From the NCBI GenBank assembly GCA_965261635.1, contig OZ253463.1, positions 555,879 to 619,878 on the forward strand: DNA of 64,000 nucleotides, given 5' to 3'. Both the position numbers and the translations under genes were made by a program. Source of the DNA: Chloroflexota bacterium. GTDB lineage: Bacteria; Chloroflexota; UBA11872; VXOZ01. Below, piece by piece: positions 36,332 to 46,301 of this stretch; the stretch's first letter is position 1; every line of letters starts with the position of its first letter. The notes under the pieces are model-generated. The model saw only the letters and a program-made list of their open reading frames with translations. It was not told where the DNA came from and ran no database searches.

Positions 36332-39310
36332 ATGCCTTTGGAGGCTCTTGTAATGGATAGAGAGACATTTCGCGACCCTGGCGTCGAATATCGGGCTGTG
36401 CCGTTCTGGTCGTGGAACGACTGGCTGGAAGACGACGAGTTGGTGCGGCAGATCGACGAGATGGAAAAAGCCGGGTGGGGCGGCTTCTTCATGCACTCCC
36501 GGTTGGGTTTAAAGACGCCCTACATGACGCCGGAATGGATGGATCGGATACGCACATGCGTCGAGGAGGCCCGGCGGCGCGGCATGCACGCCTGGCTCTA
36601 CGATGAAGACAAGTGGCCGAGCGGCTTTGCAGGCGGCATGACTGCCCTCAAAGACGCCGATTATCGCATGCGCGTGCTCGCCTGCCGGGTGTTCAATCGG
36701 TATGACTCCTATGCGGAAAGCGTGGCGGAATTTGCGGGCCATCTGAATGGTGACAAACTCACCGACGTGCGGCTGGTAGATGGCCAGCAAGACGATGCCC
36801 ATCTCACCTACCTGCAGTTTCACGAATGGATCGCGCCGCTGGGCAGCGATTGGTTCAACGGGGCGGCCTATAGCGACCAGCTTAGCGTAGAGGGCGTGCG
36901 TGAATTCATCACCAACACGTATGCCGCTTACCATGAGGTCTTAGGCGACGACTTCGGTACGGTGGTTCCCGGCATGTTCACCGACGAGCCGAATTTCTGC
37001 TCCTTTCATCAGGAGTACCCGGAGATGTCCGTTCCATGGACGAAAGGGTTTGCCCGGATTTTCGAGGAGAAGTTTGGGTATGACCTAATTCCGCACCTGC
37101 CGTCGCTCTTTTTTGACACGGGTGACTATCGCAAAGTGCGGTATCACTATTGGCGCGCCATCACGGAGCAGTTCGTCGAGGCGTACTCGAAACAGATCTA
37201 CGAGTGGTGCGACGCGCACAACCTCAAGCTCACCGGACACTATCTCTACGAGGATTCGCTCCAGCAGCAGATTCCGGTGTCTGGCGCGGTGATGCCGCAC
37301 TACGAATACATGCACTATCCGGGTATCGACCACCTGCGCCGCAACATTGCCGATCTCGTTACGCCCAAGCAGTTGGACAGCGTCGTTTGCCAGCTTGGCA
37401 AAGAAAGGGCTCTTTCTGAGACCTACGGCTGCTCCGGCCAGAACCTCTCGTTTGAAGGGCGCAAGTGGATTGGCGATTGGCAGTGCGTGCTGGGCATAAA
37501 CTTCCTCAATCCGCATCTCTCGTCGTATACGCTGCGCGGCGCGCGCAAGCGGGACTACCCGCCGGATATCTTCTACCAGCAACCGTGGTGGCCGCATAAT
37601 GCCTTGATCGACGACTACTACGCCCGACTCTCCTATGCCCTCAGTCAGGGCGAGCGCGTGGTCGATCTCCTCGTCGTGCATCCAATTGGCAGTGCGTGGT
37701 CGGTGTTTCGTCCGCAGAACCCCCAGGCAGCACGGGCAATAAACGATCCTTGGGTTGCGCTTTCAACGCGGCTCTTGGAAGAGCACTTCGATTACCACTT
37801 TGGCGATGAGTCGATCATGGCGCGTCATGCCCGCGTGGAAGACGATTGCTTGGTCGTCGGCCGGATGCGCTACCGTGTGGTTATCGTACCGCCGAGTATA
37901 ACTCTGGCGAGTACTACGGTCGAGATACTTCAGGCGTTCAGGGCCGCCGGCGGCGTAGTGTTCTTCTGCGACGAAAAGCCAACGCTGATTGAAGGCGATC
38001 GCGACGACACCGTGGATGGGTTGATTGCCGCGTGTGAGACGCTGCCGCTTGGAGACGAACCCCTGGCGGCGACGCTGGAGCCGCACCTGGCGCGGCCGGT
38101 CCGGGTGACCAGTGGGGATGGCAGCGAGGTGCCGCACGTCTGGTATAACCTGCGGCGCAACGGCGTCGCGCAAACCCTCTTCTTGGCAAATACGAGCCAA
38201 GACGAAGGCGGCGACTACACCGTGCACTTGCCCGATGCCGGGATCTGGCAGGTGTGGGACGCGGCAACAGGCGAGGTACAACCGCTGCCCGCACAAGAGC
38301 ACGCGGCTGATAGCGCCGTCACGCTGCCGTTTGCCCCGGTTGGCTCGTACTTGCTGGTCAGTGATCCCAGCGGCCAAGCCGGCGAGGCGTTACCAGCGCC
38401 GAACTATAGCGTCTCGGTGAATGCTGGTGAAACCTGGAACGTGGAACTGCTGGATCCCAACGCGCTCACGCTTGACTATTGCGCCTATCGCATTGCCGAC
38501 GGCGAGTGGCAGGACCCGGTGCCCCATCTGAAGGCCCTGGAGATCTTACGGAGAGCCGGTACCCTGGAACACTTCCGGATTACCGGCACTGGCGTACCGT
38601 TTGCCGTGCAGTACACCTTTGAATCCGGTCTGCCGGTGGGCCAAGAACTCACGCTGGTGGTGGAGCGTCCGGATGAATTTTGCATCTCGGTGAACGGCAC
38701 GGCGGTCGAGCATGATGACGGCGACGGCTATTGGCTCGATACCACTTTCCGGCGCATTCCGATTGGCACGCTCGCCCGGCCCGGCACGAACACGATTACG
38801 TTGGAGGGTGTGACAAGTCTCGACATGGAGATCGAAGCCTGCTACATAATTGGCGACTTTGGCGTTGAGCAAGCGGAGGATGGCTTTGGGCTCGTCTCAG
38901 CTCCGACGCAGGCACAGTCAGGCGATCTCACGCATCAGGGTTTGCCCTTCTATGCCGGTCGTGTAAAGCTCACGCAAGAAGTGCAGGTCTCTCCTAACGG
39001 CGGCGCTGCAGCATTGGCGCTCGACGGGCTCGATGCTACCGTGACTATAGTGCGCGTGAACGGCAAAGAGGCCGGTACGCTGGTCTGGCGGCCCCATGAG
39101 CTCGATATTTCACCCCTATTGGTTGAGGGCGAAAATACGCTGGAATTGGAGCTTGTAGGCACGCTCCATAACCTCCTCGGCCCCCACCACCACCAAGACG
39201 GCGAAATCCTGGCAGTCTCGCCGGCCACCTTTTCTGACTGGCTTAACTGGACCGATGACTACACCTTCGTGCGCTTCGGCGTGGAGCACGCGTGTATCCG
39301 GCTGGAGTAA
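36332..39310 (+). CDS. large glycoside hydrolase, GH106-like (alpha-L-rhamnosidase family) candidate
   Basis: 992 aa; N-terminal YRAVPFWSWNDWLEDDELVRQIDEMEKAGWGGFFMHSRLGL resembles the GH106 (BT0986-type) N-terminus. Assignment is from memory of the family, not a search. Confidence 0.45.
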   Translation: MPLEALVMDRETFRDPGVEYRAVPFWSWNDWLEDDELVRQIDEMEKAGWGGFFMHSRLGLKTPYMTPEWMDRIRTCVEEARRRGMHAWLYDEDKWPSGFAGGMTALKDADYRMRVLACRVFNRYDSYAESVAEFAGHLNGDKLTDVRLVDGQQDDAHLTYLQFHEWIAPLGSDWFNGAAYSDQLSVEGVREFITNTYAAYHEVLGDDFGTVVPGMFTDEPNFCSFHQEYPEMSVPWTKGFARIFEEKFGYDLIPHLPSLFFDTGDYRKVRYHYWRAITEQFVEAYSKQIYEWCDAHNLKLTGHYLYEDSLQQQIPVSGAVMPHYEYMHYPGIDHLRRNIADLVTPKQLDSVVCQLGKERALSETYGCSGQNLSFEGRKWIGDWQCVLGINFLNPHLSSYTLRGARKRDYPPDIFYQQPWWPHNALIDDYYARLSYALSQGERVVDLLVVHPIGSAWSVFRPQNPQAARAINDPWVALSTRLLEEHFDYHFGDESIMARHARVEDDCLVVGRMRYRVVIVPPSITLASTTVEILQAFRAAGGVVFFCDEKPTLIEGDRDDTVDGLIAACETLPLGDEPLAATLEPHLARPVRVTSGDGSEVPHVWYNLRRNGVAQTLFLANTSQDEGGDYTVHLPDAGIWQVWDAATGEVQPLPAQEHAADSAVTLPFAPVGSYLLVSDPSGQAGEALPAPNYSVSVNAGETWNVELLDPNALTLDYCAYRIADGEWQDPVPHLKALEILRRAGTLEHFRITGTGVPFAVQYTFESGLPVGQELTLVVERPDEFCISVNGTAVEHDDGDGYWLDTTFRRIPIGTLARPGTNTITLEGVTSLDMEIEACYIIGDFGVEQAEDGFGLVSAPTQAQSGDLTHQGLPFYAGRVKLTQEVQVSPNGGAAALALDGLDATVTIVRVNGKEAGTLVWRPHELDISPLLVEGENTLELELVGTLHNLLGPHHHQDGEILAVSPATFSDWLNWTDDYTFVRFGVEHACIRLE

Positions 39311-39374
39311 AATGAGAGGGGCTATTTCAAGATACAAGCAGTGATTCGGATGTCGTCGACCAGATTATGGTGAT

Positions 39375-40220
39375 ATGGTAAGGCATGAACTGGGATCGAC
39401 TCCGGAAGTGAGATGTAGTAGTATGAGCAGTCTTGTCATCACGCATACGGACATGCCCCGGCGGCATCTGTGCGGAATTCCTGTTGAGTGGATAAACAAA
39501 GTTCACCAGGTAGACTGCCTAGACTTTATGAGCATGATGCCGCCTGAAACGGTGGACTTGTTTGTCACCTCTCCTCCCTACAATTTGCGCAACAGTACCG
39601 GTAACGGGATGAAAGATGGACGTGGTGGCAAGTGGGAAAGAGCTGCTCTCGTCGATGGCTATGATGGCCATGATGATGCTATGCCGCACCAGGAGTATGT
39701 GGCATGGCAACGTGATTGTCTCTCTGCTATGATGCGCCTCCTAAGGCCGGATGGTGCGATTTTCTACAACCACAAATGGCGCGTGCAGGGCGGCCTACTT
39801 CAAGACAGAAGCGACATTCTTGAAGGGCTTCCGGTGAGACAAATCATCATTTGGCAGCGGGATGGGGGAATCAACTTCAACCCCGGCTATTTCTTGCCCA
39901 CCTATGAGGTGATATATCTTATCTGCAAGCCTGAATTTCGATTGGTTCCAAAGGCCAATGCCCAAGGCGATGTATGGCGCATCCCTCAAGAGATCAACAA
40001 TCCACATCCTGCGCCGTTCCCGGTAGAGCTAGTACAAAGATGCATTGGATCGACGAATGCCAAACTAGTGTGCGATCCATTTATGGGTTCGGGTCAAACG
40101 GCTATTGCGGCCCAAGCTCTAGGACGGAACTGGATCGGAATGGAGATATCGCAGAGGTATTGCGAGCTTGCAAATGAGCGCATTGGAGAGGCGAGTCATT
40201 TGTTCAGGAAACAACTGTGA
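39375..40220 (+). CDS. beta-class DNA methyltransferase (N6_N4_Mtase; SPPY motif suggests N4-cytosine)
   Basis: DLFVTSPPYNL (motif IV) precedes DPFMGSGQTAIAA (motif I), the beta-class order. The true start is probably MPRRHL... at codon 27. Confidence 0.75.
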   Translation: MVRHELGSTPEVRCSSMSSLVITHTDMPRRHLCGIPVEWINKVHQVDCLDFMSMMPPETVDLFVTSPPYNLRNSTGNGMKDGRGGKWERAALVDGYDGHDDAMPHQEYVAWQRDCLSAMMRLLRPDGAIFYNHKWRVQGGLLQDRSDILEGLPVRQIIIWQRDGGINFNPGYFLPTYEVIYLICKPEFRLVPKANAQGDVWRIPQEINNPHPAPFPVELVQRCIGSTNAKLVCDPFMGSGQTAIAAQALGRNWIGMEISQRYCELANERIGEASHLFRKQL

Positions 40221-40936
40221 CGGCGCCAGAATTGCTGGCGAGACCAGCTCCTCAGACCAAACGGGAACTCTTTGATCGCATTAGAGAGATTATCGCTTTG
40301 GGGTGGCAAAAGATGCCGCCGGCACGGCGCTATAACGGGACCGGTGGTGCAGGAAACTTTCTCGAAGACCTGCTCGGTCTCAAGACTGGCAATCAAGACA
40401 TCGCCGATATACTTGGCTGGGAAGTCAAATTCTATACACCCAAGACTTCCTACATTACTTTGTTCCACAAAGAACCCACCCCCAAGGGCGTAATGCGTTA
40501 CATGGTTAGCAAGTATGGCTGGGAAGACGCCCAGGGCCGCCGCAGTTTTCGCCATACGATTGCCGGTCGTTCGGATCGCTTTATCGTTGCAGACGACGCA
40601 GGCAATGTGGTTGTGAGGCCCCTAAAGGGCAATGGACCCATACCCACGTGGACGCATGACACCTTGCTAAATGTTGCAGGCAACAAGCTTCGCCGTCTTC
40701 TGTTGGTATACGGCGAGCGCGATAGGCGAAGGGTCCGCTTTAACTTGGCAGACTGCTTTGAGGATCTGCACCTAACTCTGTTTGTGCTAGAGATGGTGAT
40801 GGGTACCGTTGCCGTGGACTTCGATGCAAGAGAGAAAGACCCTGGTAGCCAAGCCCTCAGGAATCATGGCACTAAGTTTCGGGTGTCTCCTACCAATGTT
40901 TGTCGTTTGTATCTTAAGAAGGAACGACTAGCATAG
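40217..40936 (+). CDS. Type II restriction endonuclease, MvaI/BcnI-like (monomeric PD-(D/E)xK) candidate
   Basis: GAGNFLEDLLGLKTGNQDIADILGWEVKF (D...E-V-K); ATGA overlap with the upstream MTase; family call from motif memory. Confidence 0.45.
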   Translation: MTAPELLARPAPQTKRELFDRIREIIALGWQKMPPARRYNGTGGAGNFLEDLLGLKTGNQDIADILGWEVKFYTPKTSYITLFHKEPTPKGVMRYMVSKYGWEDAQGRRSFRHTIAGRSDRFIVADDAGNVVVRPLKGNGPIPTWTHDTLLNVAGNKLRRLLLVYGERDRRRVRFNLADCFEDLHLTLFVLEMVMGTVAVDFDAREKDPGSQALRNHGTKFRVSPTNVCRLYLKKERLA

Positions 40937-41370
40937 AGTCGCAGGATATGTCCGGGGCCAGTCTGTCGCGGCCAAACGCCGTAGAATACGTCGCGAGTAC
41001 GTTTATGAGTAAGCCCCAAGAATGGGAATTAGCGCCTCGCCAAGCTCCAACACAGCTACGCTTTCGACGAGCTATCTTTGGAAGGTTTGTGGTTCGGTCT
41101 GTTGACAGGAATCTTTGCTGCGGCTTTGACTGCGGCACGGCCGCTCTTGCTACGCATCAGTTCATTAACGTCAACGTACCGGGCACCCTTATCCGTTACG
41201 TATATCTTGGGGCGCTCGGGTTCCCGGTTGTTTGTTTCCTGTGACGAACCCATCTGTCCCCCTAACCTTTTTGTGTCAAGTTCTCTCGAATCCAGTATAC
41301 CAAAGTGAAAGAATTGGCATTAGCAACTCACATCGCAACACTTTGACAAGAGAAAGCAGCAAACTGCCCT

Positions 41371-42573
41371 GTGGCCAAGACCGAGCAAGCAACCACTTCC
41401 GGTTCTCACCACCGGCCTGATCGGCTGACGATCTGGGCGTTCTATGTGGGCACGTTCTTCTATTGGGGCGCGCTCTATGTTTACTCGCCGATCCTCTCGG
41501 TCTATGCGGAATCGCTGGGAGCGACGTTCACGCTCATCGGTATCGTGGTGGGGACGTACGGCCTGGTGCAGATGGTGCTCCGAATTCCGTTGGGCGTATT
41601 GTCCGACCGTTGGGGCAGGCGGCTGCCGTTCCTATACGCGGGGCACTTCTTCAACTTTGTCGGTTGCTTGGGACTAGCGCTCGCGCCCACTGCTACGTAC
41701 TTGGCGGTCTTTCGGGGCGTGTTGGGTATCAGCGCCGCCACCTGGGTAGCCTTCACGGTGCTCTATGCCAGCTACTTTCCTGCCGACGAGACGCCCAAGG
41801 CCATGGGCATCATGTCGGCCATCAACGGCGTCTCCCTGATCGTAGTCAACCTTGCCGGCGGTCAAATTGCCGAGTCGTGGGGCATGGTGGCCACCTTCTA
41901 CGCGGGCGCAGGCCTGGCAGTCATCGGTCTGATTTCGACCGTGCCGATTAGGGAGAAGCGCGTAACGCGAACGCCGCCGACGGTCCGACAGATTTGGCGG
42001 GTGATGACCCATCCGGCGCTGTTGATCGCCGCTTCGGTCACGGCACTCAACCACTACGCTTTTTGGGCAACGACCTTCAGCTTCATTCCGATCTACGCCG
42101 ATGACCTCGGCGCAAGCAAGTTTACCTTGGGCATAATTGGCGTGGTATCGCTGGTGCCCTACACCCTTGCCTCGCTCGTCAATCACCGCTTTGCGCAACG
42201 CCTCGGTGACAATTGGGCGGTCTTTGCCGGCATGATGATTATGGCCGCCACCACGTTTGTAGTGCCGCTCATCCATGACGTGCCGCTCCTTGCCGCTTCC
42301 CAAGGCATCAACGGGATCGGGCGCGGTATTGTCTATCCTTTGCTCATGGGGCTCAGCATTCGAGAGATTTCAAGCGAAGACCGCGCCACGGCAATGGGAG
42401 TCTTCCAGGCCGTCTACGCCATCGGCATGTTTCTCGGCCCAATGACGGCTGGGGCCGTTGCCGACCTCCTCGGGCTTGGGGGCGCATTCATACTTTCGGG
42501 ATGTGTCTCGGTGTTAGCGGCGCTCGCCGCGCTTGCGCTCATCAAGAAAAAGCCGACGCGGGTGGCGGCATAG
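41371..42573 (+). CDS. MFS transporter
   Basis: 400 aa, 12 TM segments, GVLSDRWGRR loop motif. Confidence 0.8.
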   Translation: MAKTEQATTSGSHHRPDRLTIWAFYVGTFFYWGALYVYSPILSVYAESLGATFTLIGIVVGTYGLVQMVLRIPLGVLSDRWGRRLPFLYAGHFFNFVGCLGLALAPTATYLAVFRGVLGISAATWVAFTVLYASYFPADETPKAMGIMSAINGVSLIVVNLAGGQIAESWGMVATFYAGAGLAVIGLISTVPIREKRVTRTPPTVRQIWRVMTHPALLIAASVTALNHYAFWATTFSFIPIYADDLGASKFTLGIIGVVSLVPYTLASLVNHRFAQRLGDNWAVFAGMMIMAATTFVVPLIHDVPLLAASQGINGIGRGIVYPLLMGLSIREISSEDRATAMGVFQAVYAIGMFLGPMTAGAVADLLGLGGAFILSGCVSVLAALAALALIKKKPTRVAA

Positions 42574-42730
42574 CACGTTCAAGATGGACTTCTTTGAGAA
42601 ATACACGGGCCTCGCGTGCCGGCCGTGCCGTATCGGCGCATGCATTACGGTGTAGCATACACGGTAGGAAGCGAGAAGGGCTCATAAAGACAAAGAGGCA
42701 TCATACGGACATAGCAAAGGAGTAAACGCC

Positions 42731-43723
42731 ATGCGCATCGGTGTACGCACTTCCCGGCAGTGGTTGGAAAACGGGGGTGATGATGACTTCCGGTTTCTCA
42801 AGCAAATCGGCGTGGACTACGTAGACATCGAGCTTGGGATGGTAGCGGGCTACGATGAGACCGGCTGTTTTACCCGCGAGGCATTAGCCGCGTTGGTAGA
42901 GCGGTTTGCCGCGGCAGGCTTGCGGATCGAGCGCGCCAACGCGCGCAATTCCCAGCACCTGGATGCCCTCATCGGTGGGCCCGACGCGGTCCAACAGCGG
43001 GACCACCTCTGCACCATGGCTGAACTACTGGCGGAAGTTGGCGTGCCGGTATTTGGTGTCCAGTGTTTCCAAGCCGACAACGCCAGGAGCGGTTCGGCAA
43101 CGGGTCGGTCGTGGCCGGAGGGGCGCGGCGGATACCGTTACTACCACTTCGACCTGGCAGCGGAAGAAGCAATGCAGGAAGCGCCGCGGTTCACCGTCAC
43201 CAGCGACCAGCTCTGGGAGAACCTGATCCTCACTTACAAGCAAGTCATTCCCGTGGCGGAGCGGGCGGACATCAATGTTGCCATGCATGGCAACGACCCG
43301 CCGCTGCGGCAGGTCTACGGCAATCCCCAAATCCTCTGTCGCTTTGCCGATTTCGACCGCCTCTTCAGTACAGTGCCAAGCCCGAAGAATACCATGACGT
43401 TCTGCGTCGGCACCCGCTACGAATCGGGAGAGGACATTTTAGCGGGTATTCGCCACTTTGGCGGACAAGGCAAGATCGTGCATGTGCACTTTCGCAATGT
43501 GCGCGGCAAGCTGTCCGCGGACGGCGGCTATGACGAGGTTTTCTTGGATGAAGGCGATATGCACATGCAGGACGTCGTGGAGGCGCTGCATGCGGTACAC
43601 TACCTGGGTGCGATTGACTTCGACCACGTGATGCAGTTGACCGGCGATACTGCGAACGGACGGCAGTACATCGCTTACTCGGTGGGCTATGTGCGCGCCC
43701 TGCTGAATGGGTTGGCGCACTAG
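42731..43723 (+). CDS. xylose-isomerase-like TIM-barrel dehydratase, mannonate dehydratase (UxuA)-like
   Basis: ...VAMHGNDPP... (UxuA HPDDPP-like), HVHFRNVRG; family call moderate. Confidence 0.45.
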   Translation: MRIGVRTSRQWLENGGDDDFRFLKQIGVDYVDIELGMVAGYDETGCFTREALAALVERFAAAGLRIERANARNSQHLDALIGGPDAVQQRDHLCTMAELLAEVGVPVFGVQCFQADNARSGSATGRSWPEGRGGYRYYHFDLAAEEAMQEAPRFTVTSDQLWENLILTYKQVIPVAERADINVAMHGNDPPLRQVYGNPQILCRFADFDRLFSTVPSPKNTMTFCVGTRYESGEDILAGIRHFGGQGKIVHVHFRNVRGKLSADGGYDEVFLDEGDMHMQDVVEALHAVHYLGAIDFDHVMQLTGDTANGRQYIAYSVGYVRALLNGLAH

Positions 43724-43779
43724 AACTCAGGGCAATACTTCCGCAACCGCCACTCACGTGAGCTACTCAATTGCGCAGA

Positions 43780-43812
43780 GAAGATGGATTCCCGCTTGCG
43801 CGGAAATGACGG
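43780..43812. repeat. REP-like element family a copy
   Basis: GAAGATGGATTCCCGCttgcGCGGAAATGACGG. Confidence 0.5.
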
Positions 43813-43963
43813 GTCTGGGTGCTCTCACCTTCTCGTAGCTGACTCGGTAGACTGGGTTGGTTTCCACTCTAACGCCGAGAAGTTGCGGAGAGTGCCAGTG
43901 GGTTGTCGAGTTGAGAAGTAAGAAAGATGCCGTAAGACTTAGAAAATAAGGAGCATACAGACG

Positions 43964-44728
43964 ATGCAGAAGAATCGGGCACTGGCCAAGATCCGCGCCG
44001 GAGGAGTCACCGCCGGGCCGGCACTTGGCATTGACTCGCCGGACCTGGCGGAGCAGGTCGCCCACGTGGGTTTCGACTATGTGAGCTTTGATTGGCAGCA
44101 CGGGCAGTGGACCGAACTTTCGCTAAACAACGCGCTGGCGCGGTTTCTGCACACCGATACCGTGCCGATTGTGCGCGTAAAGGGCCACGAGCCGGGCACC
44201 ATCAACCGCGTGCTCGATATGGGCGCAATGGGTGTGATCGTTCCCATGATCGAGAATGCCGAGCAGGCTGCCGCCATGGCGAGCCCGGCACGATTCCCAC
44301 CGCAAGGCAACCGTTCCGGCGGCGGCATGCGGCTTGGCCTCATCGGCGGCGGCACGGCCCAGGACTACTTCGCCCACGCCAACGACGAAGTTATGGTCAT
44401 CGTCATGGTCGAGAGTGAAGAGGCGATTGCCAATGTTGAAAGCATCATGCAGGTGGACGGCGTGGACGTGGTACTCATCGGCCCCGGCGACCTCATGATC
44501 AACGTGCGGGCCCACGGCCACGACGAGGCGCACCATGAAGCGCTGGTGCAGCAAGTCGCCGCCGCCGGCAAGCGCACCGGCACGGCAGCGGGCTACGTCT
44601 GCCAGAGTTACGAGCAGGCGCAACAACGCGTCGCTGAGGGCTTCCGCTTCCTCTGGTTCGGCAACGATAGTGTATTTGTGAATACCGGCATGCTAAATCT
44701 CCGGAAGGAAATTGAAACACTCGGATAG
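43964..44728 (+). CDS. HpcH/HpaI family 2-keto-3-deoxy sugar-acid aldolase
   Basis: ...VRVKGHEPGTINRVLDMGAMGVIVPMIENAEQA..., VMVESEEAIANVESI, IGPGDL. Confidence 0.8.
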   Translation: MQKNRALAKIRAGGVTAGPALGIDSPDLAEQVAHVGFDYVSFDWQHGQWTELSLNNALARFLHTDTVPIVRVKGHEPGTINRVLDMGAMGVIVPMIENAEQAAAMASPARFPPQGNRSGGGMRLGLIGGGTAQDYFAHANDEVMVIVMVESEEAIANVESIMQVDGVDVVLIGPGDLMINVRAHGHDEAHHEALVQQVAAAGKRTGTAAGYVCQSYEQAQQRVAEGFRFLWFGNDSVFVNTGMLNLRKEIETLG

Positions 44729-44785
44729 GCGGCGTTATTCTCGGAGCAGATGTAGATTCGTAAGCATAGCAGAGCGAGGAGTGCC

Positions 44786-45853
44786 ATGAGCAGTGATTTG
44801 CGGGCGGGCGTCTTGGGCGTAGGGCGGGGGCTGAGCTTTGTCCGCGTGATGCAGGCCATGGACGGTGTGAACGTGATGGCCGTGGCGGATATGCACTCTG
44901 AGCGCGTGAAGACGGTCTGTGCCGAGCACAACGTGCCCAAGGGCTTTGCCACGCTTGAGGAGATGTTGGCAGAAGATTTGGACCTCGTGGTGGTAGCAAC
45001 ACCGATAGCCCAGCACGTCGAGCATTCAATACAGGTGCTCGAGGCGGGTGTGAACGTGCTCTCTGAAATCCCCGTGCTCGCCACGCGGGAGGAGGCCGAT
45101 CGACTAATAGCCGCAGTGGAAAAGAGCGATGCCCTCTACATGAGCAGCGAGAACTGCAATTACTGGGCGTTTGTGCACTCCCTCAGACACCTCAACGAGC
45201 GGGGTGACTTCGGACAGATTTTTGCCGCGGAAGCGGAGTATATTCACGCTATCCCCGGTCTGCGGCGCGACGAGCACGGCAATCCCACGTGGCGGGCGTC
45301 GATGCTGCCAATCATATATCTTACGCACAGTCTCGGCCCGGTGATGTGGGTCACCGGCCAGTATCCGGTGGAGGTGGTCTGTATGGGTACAAAGGAGCAC
45401 TTCGAGCCGGGCCTCACCGACATACAGATGGCCGTCTTCCGCATGACTGATGACAGCGTCGTGCGCATTACGTGTTCATTCGCCAACTCCCATTGGGGCA
45501 ACCACCGTCAGGTCTTCATGGGTACCAAGGCGACGTTTGATTCCGGCTGGATCGGCAAGGATGAGCCGAAGTTCCGCTACGCCGGAGAACGCGAGTTTGT
45601 CGTGCCCGACAACCTGCCCTTGGGCACGAACTTTTCCAATGCGCCGGAAGCCGCTGCTCTTGGCGGTCACGGCACCGCTGAATGGTACATGCTGGAGGAC
45701 TTTTTCACGGCGATCCGCACCGGCGGGCCAGTGCCCATCGACGTCTACGAAGGCATTATGTACAGCCTGCCGGGTATCTGTGCGGCAGAATCAGCCGCCA
45801 ACGGCGGCCGGCCGGTTGCAATTCCGCAGTACCAACTGCAGCGCAAGGCGTAG
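44786..45853 (+). CDS. Gfo/Idh/MocA family oxidoreductase (copy 1)
   Basis: N-terminal Rossmann GVLGVGRG..., EKP-like region; ~80% identical to 46302-47366. Confidence 0.8.
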   Translation: MSSDLRAGVLGVGRGLSFVRVMQAMDGVNVMAVADMHSERVKTVCAEHNVPKGFATLEEMLAEDLDLVVVATPIAQHVEHSIQVLEAGVNVLSEIPVLATREEADRLIAAVEKSDALYMSSENCNYWAFVHSLRHLNERGDFGQIFAAEAEYIHAIPGLRRDEHGNPTWRASMLPIIYLTHSLGPVMWVTGQYPVEVVCMGTKEHFEPGLTDIQMAVFRMTDDSVVRITCSFANSHWGNHRQVFMGTKATFDSGWIGKDEPKFRYAGEREFVVPDNLPLGTNFSNAPEAAALGGHGTAEWYMLEDFFTAIRTGGPVPIDVYEGIMYSLPGICAAESAANGGRPVAIPQYQLQRKA

Positions 45854-45874
45854 CGACGAGCGAGAAGTCATTTG

Positions 45875-45938
45875 TCGCCCTCACCCCCGTATCACGTACG
45901 GGGCAGGCTCTAACCCTTTCCCCCAGGAGAGGGAATAC
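45875..45938. repeat. REP-like element family d (CCCTCACC...CCCCGTA-n-TACGGGG...CCCTTTCCCC-GGAGAGGG)
   Basis: Second copy at 46005-46070; related motif at 61088-61130. Confidence 0.4.
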
Positions 45939-46004
45939 GAACCAAACCGCAGGCGCAGCAAATGCCTGCGCAGGTGTTTCGTCAAATGAGGTTGAGACGC
46001 GGGA

Positions 46005-46070
46005 AGTCAAGTGTGTCGCCCTCACCTCGGTATCGGGCACGGGACCGGCTCTGACCCTTTCCCCTGGAGT
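46005..46070. repeat. REP-like element family d, second copy
   Basis: ~80% identical to 45875-45938. Confidence 0.4.
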
Positions 46071-46164
46071 GGGAATTGGTTCCCAATTGGGGGCGAAGCA
46101 GGTCCCCAGCAGAGCGAGCCATTGTAAGTGAAAGGGAAGTTTGTGCGTCGCTGAGGGGTCTCGA

Positions 46165-46239
46165 ATGCTCCGGTTCGGCAACGACGCGGTCTTTGTGAAC
46201 ACCGGCATGAGAAACCTCCGGGAGGGGATGAGCACGTAG
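46165..46239 (+). pseudogene. duplicated 3' fragment of the HpcH aldolase gene (MLRFGNDAVFVNTGMRNLREGMST*)
   Basis: DNA 46166-46300 aligns with 44650-44785 (aldolase C-terminus + intergenic + oxidoreductase RBS), marking the left edge of the second tandem copy. Confidence 0.5.
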
Positions 46240-46301
46240 GAATAGGCGGCTCCGATATTGGAATCGAACAGGTTCTTCGGTATAGCAGAGCGAGGAGTGC
46301 T

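Noticed and set aside
41674-42303. 209-aa minus-strand ORF
   Set aside because: Antisense to the MFS transporter 41371-42573.
44123-44626. 167-aa minus-strand ORF
   Set aside because: Antisense to the HpcH aldolase.
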